Origin: a virus
Taxonomy: Duplodnaviria; Caudoviricetes
DNA: 64,000 nt
Reading direction: 5' to 3' (one strand)
Virus record (IMG/VR): IMGVR_UViG_2974753081_000001
Location: 1-64,000 of that record
Part shown: positions 39,051 through 46,832 of the stretch, one piece after another
Layout: the number at the start of each line of letters is the position of its first letter
Numbering within the stretch: position 1 is the stretch's first letter
Translations under genes and position numbers: made by a program
The notes under the pieces: model-generated
What the model was told of the DNA's origin: nothing
Databases searched by the model: none
What the model saw: only the letters and a program-made list of their open reading frames with translations

Positions 39051-40511
39051 ATGGCCGACTTCACCACCTACCAGGCACCGGGACTCTACACCGAGTCCGT
39101 GCCCGGCCCTCAGCTGTCCGTGCAGTCCGCGACACCGACGGCGGTGGGAATCTTCGGTCAGGCGCTGGGCTACCGGACCTTCACTGAGTCGCTGACCATC
39201 GACCCCGACACCCAGGACCCGGAGACCACCGAGTTCTCTCCGGCGATCAACCGCACGTTGCAGAAGGCGGGCATCCGCACCGACACGATCGTGGTGCGTA
39301 ACCCGAACTCCGGCGAGGCGTATGCGCTCAACACCGACTACACCGTCGAGCGAGTCTCCAGTGGCGGCTCCACCCAGTCCGATCGCGACGATCTCTACAC
39401 GATCCGGCGCGTGCTGGATGACGACGGCGGTCACATCGACCAGGGCGACGTCGTGGAGGTGACCTACAACTACACCGACGACGAGTACTTCGAGGCCGCT
39501 ACGTTCTACGACTACGACGACGTGCGCGAGCAGTACGGCGTGCCGTTCGATGCCCTCGGCAATGTCCAGTCCGAGCTGACCCTCGCGGTCAGCTTCGCTT
39601 TCCAGAACGGCGCGCAGCGCGTCATCTGCTCGGCGGTGGACCCGGTCGACAAGGCCAACCCGACGATGGCCGACTACCAGACCGCGCTGGACCGACTGAA
39701 GGACGACCCTGATGTCGCCATCGTGGTGCCCGCGACCGGCGCGCAGGCCGTGCAGAGTCTCGTGGTCAGCCACATCAACAACCAGGCCCGCAATCGCTAC
39801 GAGCGGCGCGCGGTCATCGGTCGCGATGGCTCCGGCAGTGCGGTCACCCACACCCAGCTCATCTCTGACGCGCAGGCGATCAGCGAGTCGCGCATCGCGC
39901 TGGTCTCCCCGGCGGCGATGAAGTACTTCGCTCCGGAGCTGAACAAGGAGATCGTCGTCGGCGGTCAGTACCTGGCCGCTGCGGTCGCCGGTCGCTCGGT
40001 CTCACAGAGCCCGTCGATCCCGTTGACCCGCAAGCAGGTGCGCGGTTTCGCCGACGTCGCGGTCAAGGACCCCGAGGCTCGGCGCGATCTGCAGTCCAGC
40101 AACGGGCTGATGGTCGTGGAGAGGACCCGCTCGGGACAGATTCAGGTGCGCCACGGCGTGACCACCAACGCTGGCGACACGCTGGTGCGCGAGTGGAACA
40201 TCATCGGCCAGGAGGACGCGATGGTGTACCGCCTGCGCGGCTACCTGGACAGCGAGGCCCTCATCGGCGGCGTGATCGATGACCTCACGCTGGTCAACAT
40301 CAAGGCGTCCGCCGACGCTGCGCTCGGCTCGCTGGTGACCGACCGGATCATCAACGGCTACGTCGACCTGAAGGTCCGGCAGCTCAACACCCAGCCGGAC
40401 GTGGTCGAGATTCGGTACGCATGGCGTCCGGCTCTGCCGCTGAACTACATCATGGTCCGGTACAGCGTGAACGTCTCGACCGGCACCGAGACCGCGCTCC
40501 AGTCCATCTGA
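39051..40511 (+). CDS. Tail sheath protein
   Basis: YQAPGLYTE N-terminus; C-terminal WRPALPLNYI; contractile-tail layout. Confidence 0.92.
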   Translation: MADFTTYQAPGLYTESVPGPQLSVQSATPTAVGIFGQALGYRTFTESLTIDPDTQDPETTEFSPAINRTLQKAGIRTDTIVVRNPNSGEAYALNTDYTVERVSSGGSTQSDRDDLYTIRRVLDDDGGHIDQGDVVEVTYNYTDDEYFEAATFYDYDDVREQYGVPFDALGNVQSELTLAVSFAFQNGAQRVICSAVDPVDKANPTMADYQTALDRLKDDPDVAIVVPATGAQAVQSLVVSHINNQARNRYERRAVIGRDGSGSAVTHTQLISDAQAISESRIALVSPAAMKYFAPELNKEIVVGGQYLAAAVAGRSVSQSPSIPLTRKQVRGFADVAVKDPEARRDLQSSNGLMVVERTRSGQIQVRHGVTTNAGDTLVREWNIIGQEDAMVYRLRGYLDSEALIGGVIDDLTLVNIKASADAALGSLVTDRIINGYVDLKVRQLNTQPDVVEIRYAWRPALPLNYIMVRYSVNVSTGTETALQSI

Positions 40512-40539
40512 TCCGACCGACAACCACCAGGAGTAACCC

Positions 40540-41010
40540 ATGAGTCAGAGCAAGATCAGGGTCGGCGGGTCAGGCTTCACCGTCATGACCTGGCAGGGCA
40601 AGCAGCTCGCCTGGCTGCAGATCATGAACGACACCGCTCCGACGGCTGTCGCTGCGGCCCAGGCCATCCAGCCCATCGACGAAGAGCATCCCGTCGAGAT
40701 CGTCACGGCACAGGCCGTCGGGGCGGGCACGCTCCAGCTGACGTTCTTCGAGTTGTGGAACGCTCCGGTCTGGGCGCAGCTGCCCGGCTTCGAGGGCACC
40801 AACAACCTGCTCGACGTGCTGAAGCGCCAGCTGTCGCTGGGCACGATCACCTGTCGCAAGGTCGTGAAGAATCCGTCGGGGGCCTACCGCACCCGCGTCT
40901 ATCACAACTGCGTGATCACCGACTTCGACGAATCCGAGCGCATCGACATCGGCGTGCTCTCGCTGCCAAAGAGCATCAGGATCCAGTACACCCACACGAC
41001 TGCGGTCTAA
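40540..41010 (+). CDS. Tail tube protein
   Basis: 156 aa directly after the sheath; YHNCVIT motif. Confidence 0.85.
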   Translation: MSQSKIRVGGSGFTVMTWQGKQLAWLQIMNDTAPTAVAAAQAIQPIDEEHPVEIVTAQAVGAGTLQLTFFELWNAPVWAQLPGFEGTNNLLDVLKRQLSLGTITCRKVVKNPSGAYRTRVYHNCVITDFDESERIDIGVLSLPKSIRIQYTHTTAV

Positions 41011-41042
41011 GCTGAGGGGACCCGACTCGGAAGGGAGTCTCG

Positions 41043-41138
41043 ATGGATAGCAACACGCTCGACATCATCATCCTCATCCTGGTCAGCATCTCGCTGCTGC
41101 TCCAGCTGTTCGGCTACGCGCGGAGGACTCGACCATGA
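41043..41138 (+). CDS. 31-aa single-TM microprotein (not in ORF track)
   Basis: MDSNTLDIIILILVSISLLLQLFGYARRTRP; RBS AAGGGAG. Confidence 0.55.
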   Translation: MDSNTLDIIILILVSISLLLQLFGYARRTRP

Positions 41139-41293
41139 TCATTCTCGGCGTCATCCTGTTGGTCCTCGGCCTGCTGCTCGGCATTCCGGTGCTCTGGTAC
41201 ATCGGTCTCGCGCTGATCATCATCGGCGCGCTGCTGTGGATTCTCAGTGCCTCCGGTCGTCCGATCGGTGGTCGCCCCTACAGGTACTACTGA
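41135..41293 (+). CDS. 52-aa membrane protein resembling actinobacterial DUF6131
   Basis: MIILGVILLVLGLLLGIPVLWYIGLALIIIGALLWILSASGRPIGGRPYRYY; RBS GGAGG. Family name is from recall. Confidence 0.7.
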   Translation: MIILGVILLVLGLLLGIPVLWYIGLALIIIGALLWILSASGRPIGGRPYRYY

Positions 41294-41622
41294 TGCGGGG
41301 CCTGGAGCGTCAGTCCGACGCCTACACCATCGTCTCGGGCACCCAGCCACACCAGGCGGCAGCTCTGCCCACTGACGCTGAAGTGGCCGCGCTCGGTCTG
41401 CATCGCTCCGGGCCTGCCATCACTGCCGGAATGCTCCGCAAGGCGGAGGCGTACTCGGCGGCGGAGGTCGATGAGCAGATTCGTATCTCGACCGCGATGG
41501 AGCCCGACATCGATGCCTCCGACATCGCGACGATCCGGAGCGTGGCCGAGGGCAATCTGGCGAACGGTTACGACCTGTACGACGCCGTCCGCGACGCCAT
41601 CGACTCTGTGATGGATCGCTGA
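41293..41622 (+). CDS. Leader-plus-cargo protein 1
   Basis: N-terminal ~50 aa shared with the next gene; TGATG coupling. Confidence 0.8.
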   Translation: MRGLERQSDAYTIVSGTQPHQAAALPTDAEVAALGLHRSGPAITAGMLRKAEAYSAAEVDEQIRISTAMEPDIDASDIATIRSVAEGNLANGYDLYDAVRDAIDSVMDR

Positions 41623-42020
41623 TGCGCGGCCTGGAGCGACAGTCGGAGGCTTACGGCCTCGCCGGTCATGCCGCGTCGCTGCCGACCGATGCAGAGCTGG
41701 CCGTGCTCGGAATGTCCCCGGCTGGACCGTCGATCACTGCCGGGATGCTCGACCACCGCAGCCACGTTCGGGTGGCCCTCACCGTTGACCTGTCGGACTT
41801 CGACGCGCTCGGTCTCCCGCTGGACGAGGGGATCAAGGAGCTGGCGATGCGGTACGACGACCCGGAGCTGGCGAAGGCGTTCAAGAAGGGCGCTCAGATG
41901 AGCAAGAAGCCCAACGGCAAGGACCTGTTCGATCTGCAGTCCAAGTACGCGGGGCAGTACGGCCAGGCGTGGGCGAATGCGTTCGCTGACGGCTGGGAAA
42001 TCGTGGCAGCTCGGTATTGA
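41622..42020 (+). CDS. Leader-plus-cargo protein 2
   Basis: Same MRGLERQS leader with a different C-terminus. Confidence 0.8.
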   Translation: MRGLERQSEAYGLAGHAASLPTDAELAVLGMSPAGPSITAGMLDHRSHVRVALTVDLSDFDALGLPLDEGIKELAMRYDDPELAKAFKKGAQMSKKPNGKDLFDLQSKYAGQYGQAWANAFADGWEIVAARY

Positions 42021-42039
42021 GCTGTCGCGCGCTGACAGT

Positions 42040-42076
42040 CGAGACCCAGGGCCACTGGCTCTGGGTTCTCGCATTT
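42040..42076 (+). terminator. Terminator-like hairpin
   Basis: CGAGACCCAGGGCC / GGCTCTGGGTTCTCG followed by CATTT. Confidence 0.55.
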
Positions 42077-42126
42077 CACGGGTAGTCTGCTGGTGTACGA
42101 CCCTGACCATTCACTGAGGAGTGAAC

Positions 42127-42660
42127 GTGACTGACGAGACCCCTTACGACGAGGCCCTGGATGCGGGGCTGGAAACTCCGGACCTCGCGGCACTGGACCC
42201 CGACCGCCCCAAGCAGAAGCCGGAGGGTGAGCCCGAGGAGGTTTCGGGTCCGGAGATCACCGAGCTGACCGAGGAGGAGCGTCAGCAGTTCTCGTCGCTG
42301 GTCAACGTCGGAAAGCGGCTGAAGAAAATCACCGTACTGGATCGCCCCGTGACCATCGCCTCCCTCATGGCCGACGACATCATCCGTGTCGGCGAGAAGG
42401 TGCGGCCCTACCGCGAGAGCCAGGCGTTCTCGCAGGCGTACCAGGCGGCGATGTGCGCGGCGGCGATCAAGTCGGTGGACGGCCAGTCCTGGGAGAACAC
42501 CCTGGAGGCCAACCCGGACGCCGATGTGCTGTTCGAGCAGAAGTGGCAGCGGGTCATCCAGTTCTATCCGCTGGTGATCCAGTACATCTACAACGAGATT
42601 CTGACGCTGGACGCAGAGTTCTCCGAGCTGGCGGAGAAGCTGGGAAAACTGAAAGGCTAG
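42127..42660 (+). CDS. Tail assembly chaperone (G-like)
   Basis: Before the tape measure; ends just after the slippery site; GTG after GAGGAG. Confidence 0.85.
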   Translation: MTDETPYDEALDAGLETPDLAALDPDRPKQKPEGEPEEVSGPEITELTEEERQQFSSLVNVGKRLKKITVLDRPVTIASLMADDIIRVGEKVRPYRESQAFSQAYQAAMCAAAIKSVDGQSWENTLEANPDADVLFEQKWQRVIQFYPLVIQYIYNEILTLDAEFSELAEKLGKLKG

Positions 42661-43016
42661 ACCCGCGCTCTGAGTTCATCGCGCGTCTAGCCTACGAACA
42701 GGGCATCCTCACTCAGCCATCGATCAACTGGTGGCAGCGGTGGGCGCTGATCTACATGATGAGCTGGCAGCGGTGGGATCACGCGGCCAAGGAGCAGTCG
42801 TTCATCAAGCACTCGCTGGCCGTCAACAACTGGGACCGCTACTGCGAGTTGTTCGGCGCTCCGGAGCTGTCGGGACACCCCGACGAGGAGCCTGAGCTGC
42901 CGGTCAGCCCTGACGAGTTCCAAGACATCAACGCTTGGATCGAGAAGGCTGACAGAATGAGGGGCGTGTCCGGCGACATGGTGCCGGAGCAGGGTCCCGA
43001 GGACGGATGGATTTGA
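42642..43016 (+). CDS. Tail assembly chaperone -1 frameshift extension (GT-like)
   Basis: G GGA AAA at 42642-42648; the -1 frame continues GKTERLDPRSEF... to 43016. Confidence 0.85.
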   Translation, partial: GKTERLDPRSEFIARLAYEQGILTQPSINWWQRWALIYMMSWQRWDHAAKEQSFIKHSLAVNNWDRYCELFGAPELSGHPDEEPELPVSPDEFQDINAWIEKADRMRGVSGDMVPEQGPEDGWI

Positions 43017-43020
43017 GCCG

Positions 43021-45465
43021 ATGACGATGCCACCGATGGGGAGCGGTAACCCGTTCGAGGAAACCAGCAACGACACCGTGGCCGCTCGGCTGTCGGTGGA
43101 CGTCCCTCAGGATGCGGCCAACAACCTGAACCAGCTCGTGACCAACGCGCACGAACTGGCGGTCAACATGGAGGCCGCTGCTCGCGCGCAGGGCAACTTC
43201 ATCGAGTACCTGCGGCAGCTCCCCGAGGTCATGGCCCAGAGCGAAGCGGCTGCTGCGCAGTTCATCGGCAGCGCCGCGCCGGTCATCAACGGCGGCGGAC
43301 GCAGCGGCGGTAGCTGGGGACGTAACGACGCGGCCCGTCCGGATTTCGCGGGCACCCCTGGCGACGGTTCGAACTCTGCCGCTCGTGAGGCAGCACAGCG
43401 TGAGGCGCTGGAGGACCTGCGGCGCAACGACCCGCGCCAGCTCGCCAACGTCATCGCTCAGAACGATCCGCGCACCATCCGGCGAGGCGACGACGATCAG
43501 ATTCCCGGCGGCGGGGGCGGTCGTGGCGGCGGTGGCGGCGGGGGTAACCGTCCCGGCGGCGCTCCGCGTCCGGGTAACCAACCCGCTCCCTCAGGCCCCG
43601 GTCGGCCACCGTCGGAGGACGGCCCCTCAGGCACCGAGATTGACTGGTCGCAGCGGCTGCAGACGATGGCCGGTGGCGGCACCCAGTGGCTCAACACTGT
43701 GCTGTCGCAGACGGCGGCGGGCGGTCGCGGCTCCGGCATCGATCTGCTCGCGGCGGGCGTGTCCGGTGCTCAGCGGATGTCGGGCACCCTGTCCAACCAG
43801 CTCAGCTCTCAGATCGAGTCCCGCGAGGCTCGCGCTCGGCAGGAGGCCGAAGCGCAGGGCATGGACGAGGACGAGACGTTGCGGCATATCGCTGCGGCGG
43901 GCGCTCCGCTGCGCGGCCTGTCTGGCACGGTCGGCAGGGCCGCTCGCGGTCTGGGCGTAGCTGCTGCCGGTGTCACCGCGATCAAGGGGATCAACTCCGC
44001 AGGCGAGTGGTACCAGGGCATGCGTGCCCAGGGTGCTGTGCGCGGCGGTGGCGGAGCCGAGGGCATGCAGTACGAGATGGGCGTCCGGATGATGGCGATG
44101 AATCCGTTCATCTCCACCGAGCAGTCGCGGAAAATCATGAACTCGGCGCTGCAGAACGGCTACACCGGCAAGGAGTTCGACACCGTCACCGAGTTCATGG
44201 CGGACAACCTGAAGAAGATGAACATGGACGTGGCCGAGTCGGTCAAGGTCCTGCAGTCCAACGTCACCCGTGGCGGGCAGTCCATCGCCCAGGCCCAGCA
44301 GGACATTGAGTCGGTCTCCAGCTTCGCGCAGGACCCGAACCTGCGCATGACCTCCGGACAGCTCCGCGAGTCCTACTCTCGGCAGATGGAGTCGATGACC
44401 AACCGCATAGGCGCTCCGACGGGCCAGCAGGCGAGCGACCTGGCGATGCTCACCAGCCAGATCGGCGCGTCGGACCCGAACACTGTCGGTCTCGGCGAGA
44501 TCATCATGAACTCGACCAGCAACCCGCTGATGGCCTACGCCATCGCTCCCGACGGCTACAACGGACATCCCGGTGGCGCGCTGTCGGCGGCGCTGAATCA
44601 GCCCGACGGCGAGGACAAGGTCATCCAGGCTGCCATCGGTGAGATCAAGCGCATCGTGCAGAACCCGTACTACACCGAGATGCTGGCGGACCCGAACCAG
44701 GCGTACCTGGCGGAGGTGTCGATCAACGACGAGCTGGCGGCGGTGGGCATCAACCTGCCTCCGGGCATGGTCGGACCGCTGATCCAGCAGGTCATGAGCG
44801 GCACTCTCGACAAGGACGTGCAGGAGTCCAAGGACCGGGTGAAGAAGGAGCAGACCGGCGGGCAGCCCAAGAAGAAGGGGTTCTGGGGCTCCATCGGCGC
44901 GGCACTCAGCTCGGCGGGGCATGCCTTCAACTACGTTGACCACTCGGTCACGGCATGGGGCGAGGGCGCGTTCGGTTCGGACGAGAAGGCTGCCGAGCAC
45001 CGCAAGAAGCGCGACGAGTCCTACAACAAAATGCGTCGCTCCAATGCGGAGGAGACCGGATTCAGCAACGACCGGATCAACGCGCTGCTCGACGAGTACG
45101 GCATGGACACGATCTCGGTCCGCGACGACGAGGGCCACGAGAAGAAGCTCAGCAAGGGGCTCATGGCGAACGAGGACGTCATGAAGAAGATCGTGGCGGG
45201 CGACTACAAGCTGAAGCTGCCGGGTGCGGACGAGTACGTGCCGTTGGAGAACATCGCTGGCCAGAAGGGCGAGCTGGACAAGAAGAAGGACGGCAAGACG
45301 ACCACCGCGCTGGTGGACCTCACCGACCGTGCGTCCGCGCTGCTGCAGCTGCTGCCCCAGGGCGACACCCTCAACCAGAACCAGCGCAGCTCCAACTCCG
45401 GCGAGGACGGCGCGGCGCGCAATGATCCCCCGGCGGGCTCCCGGTACGACACTGGCGGGTACTGA
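43021..45465 (+). CDS. Tape measure protein
   Basis: Follows the chaperones; Ala/Gly-rich helical, 814 aa. Confidence 0.85.
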   Translation: MTMPPMGSGNPFEETSNDTVAARLSVDVPQDAANNLNQLVTNAHELAVNMEAAARAQGNFIEYLRQLPEVMAQSEAAAAQFIGSAAPVINGGGRSGGSWGRNDAARPDFAGTPGDGSNSAAREAAQREALEDLRRNDPRQLANVIAQNDPRTIRRGDDDQIPGGGGGRGGGGGGGNRPGGAPRPGNQPAPSGPGRPPSEDGPSGTEIDWSQRLQTMAGGGTQWLNTVLSQTAAGGRGSGIDLLAAGVSGAQRMSGTLSNQLSSQIESREARARQEAEAQGMDEDETLRHIAAAGAPLRGLSGTVGRAARGLGVAAAGVTAIKGINSAGEWYQGMRAQGAVRGGGGAEGMQYEMGVRMMAMNPFISTEQSRKIMNSALQNGYTGKEFDTVTEFMADNLKKMNMDVAESVKVLQSNVTRGGQSIAQAQQDIESVSSFAQDPNLRMTSGQLRESYSRQMESMTNRIGAPTGQQASDLAMLTSQIGASDPNTVGLGEIIMNSTSNPLMAYAIAPDGYNGHPGGALSAALNQPDGEDKVIQAAIGEIKRIVQNPYYTEMLADPNQAYLAEVSINDELAAVGINLPPGMVGPLIQQVMSGTLDKDVQESKDRVKKEQTGGQPKKKGFWGSIGAALSSAGHAFNYVDHSVTAWGEGAFGSDEKAAEHRKKRDESYNKMRRSNAEETGFSNDRINALLDEYGMDTISVRDDEGHEKKLSKGLMANEDVMKKIVAGDYKLKLPGADEYVPLENIAGQKGELDKKKDGKTTTALVDLTDRASALLQLLPQGDTLNQNQRSSNSGEDGAARNDPPAGSRYDTGGY

Positions 45466-46109
45466 TGGCGCTGGCGACGATCTCTCATGGCGGCAAGGTG
45501 CTGCAGCTGCGGACGAACCCGAACTCGATCCGCTGGACCTACACGCTCAACACCAAGGTCGAGGAGACCTACGGCGGGCGCGTAGTGCAGATTCTGTCGG
45601 CGAACATGGACGATCTCGTCGTCACTGCCGAGGCTGGTCGCGGTGGCTGGGACTACCTCTACCGCGTCGCGACCTTCATGCGCGACATGATGTTCGATCA
45701 GCGCCAGGGCGGGGCTCCCGGTATTTTTTCCTACCCCAACCGTGGCTGGGAGATGACGGTCTACGCGGTCAACTTCCCGTTCAAGGACAACTGGAACGAG
45801 GTCGCCCGCGAGTTCACACTCCGGTTCAAAATCCAGGAGGACGTCTCCGGCGTGATCCAGTCCGACTCCATCGCTGCTGAGATCGAGCGCCTGAAGAGCG
45901 GCGTCGCCTACGAGCACAACGACTTCAACACCCCGCCCGGCGATCCGGGTTCGGCGGCGTGGCCGGTCTACGGCGATGGCGCTGTCTCGGCGGACGGGTC
46001 CAAGACCGTCGATCCCACGAAGAAGCAGAACCAGAACAAGCTCGGCGCGGCCACCCCTGGTGCCGCTCCCGGAACACCTGGCGGACCGCTCGGTCCGTCC
46101 ATGCCGTAG
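45465..46109 (+). CDS. Minor tail / tube-initiator-like protein
   Basis: NPNSIRW..TYGGRVVQIL motif; position after the tape measure. Confidence 0.7.
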   Translation: MALATISHGGKVLQLRTNPNSIRWTYTLNTKVEETYGGRVVQILSANMDDLVVTAEAGRGGWDYLYRVATFMRDMMFDQRQGGAPGIFSYPNRGWEMTVYAVNFPFKDNWNEVAREFTLRFKIQEDVSGVIQSDSIAAEIERLKSGVAYEHNDFNTPPGDPGSAAWPVYGDGAVSADGSKTVDPTKKQNQNKLGAATPGAAPGTPGGPLGPSMP

Positions 46110-46120
46110 AGGAGGAGCCC

Positions 46121-46294
46121 ATGTCGTATTCGTCCAACTGCCCTGTCAGTCGTCCCGCTGTCATGAACTACGACGTGGACGCCGACTTCGGCGGGCTCGC
46201 CTGGAACAACGACCGTGGCCTGTTCTTCCCGGTGGAGTCCGACATTCTGCCGATGAAGCACCCGAGCTTCATGAGCTTCGAAACCGAGGGCTGA
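46121..46294 (+). CDS. Small tail-region protein
   Basis: ATG after GAGGAGGAG; 57 aa. Confidence 0.65.
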   Translation: MSYSSNCPVSRPAVMNYDVDADFGGLAWNNDRGLFFPVESDILPMKHPSFMSFETEG

Positions 46295-46295
46295 T

Positions 46296-46832
46296 ATGTC
46301 GACGCTGCGCATGTCGTGTCCCTACGTGGGCACGCTGAACCTGAAGGTGCTCAACTTCAATTCGCCATTGACCGGCTCTATCGCCACCAGCCAGACCAAG
46401 CGCGCTCGGCACCACTGGCCGATCAAGGCCAGCCAGCAGTCGCTGTCGCTGCTGGTGCAGTTCAGGAACTGGCCCGAGTACGACGCCCTGCAGAAGTTCG
46501 TGCGCGCCCATCACGTTCGCTCGCTGCTCACGGTGCAGTACCCCGAGGTCACGCTGTACTGGCCGCAGCGCGGGATGAACAACTGGTCAGGACTGATCCG
46601 AGACCTGCAGGCCGGAGACGAGCGGTTCAACCTGGCTCCCCGCGCGACTCTGGAGCTGATCCTGATCGACTCGATGCTGTCGTCCAAGACCTTCACCGCC
46701 TCGATGGGGGAGTCGGTCGCGAAGTGGCATCAGGTCGACATCGGCAATCCCGGCGAGCCCGAGTTCAAGCCACCCAAGCCATCCGACTGGCTGCCACCCC
46801 GCGACGGCCCCGGCCAAGGAGGTAATCGATGA
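46296..46832 (+). CDS. Minor tail protein
   Basis: Operon position; clean ORF. Confidence 0.7.
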   Translation: MSTLRMSCPYVGTLNLKVLNFNSPLTGSIATSQTKRARHHWPIKASQQSLSLLVQFRNWPEYDALQKFVRAHHVRSLLTVQYPEVTLYWPQRGMNNWSGLIRDLQAGDERFNLAPRATLELILIDSMLSSKTFTASMGESVAKWHQVDIGNPGEPEFKPPKPSDWLPPRDGPGQGGNR

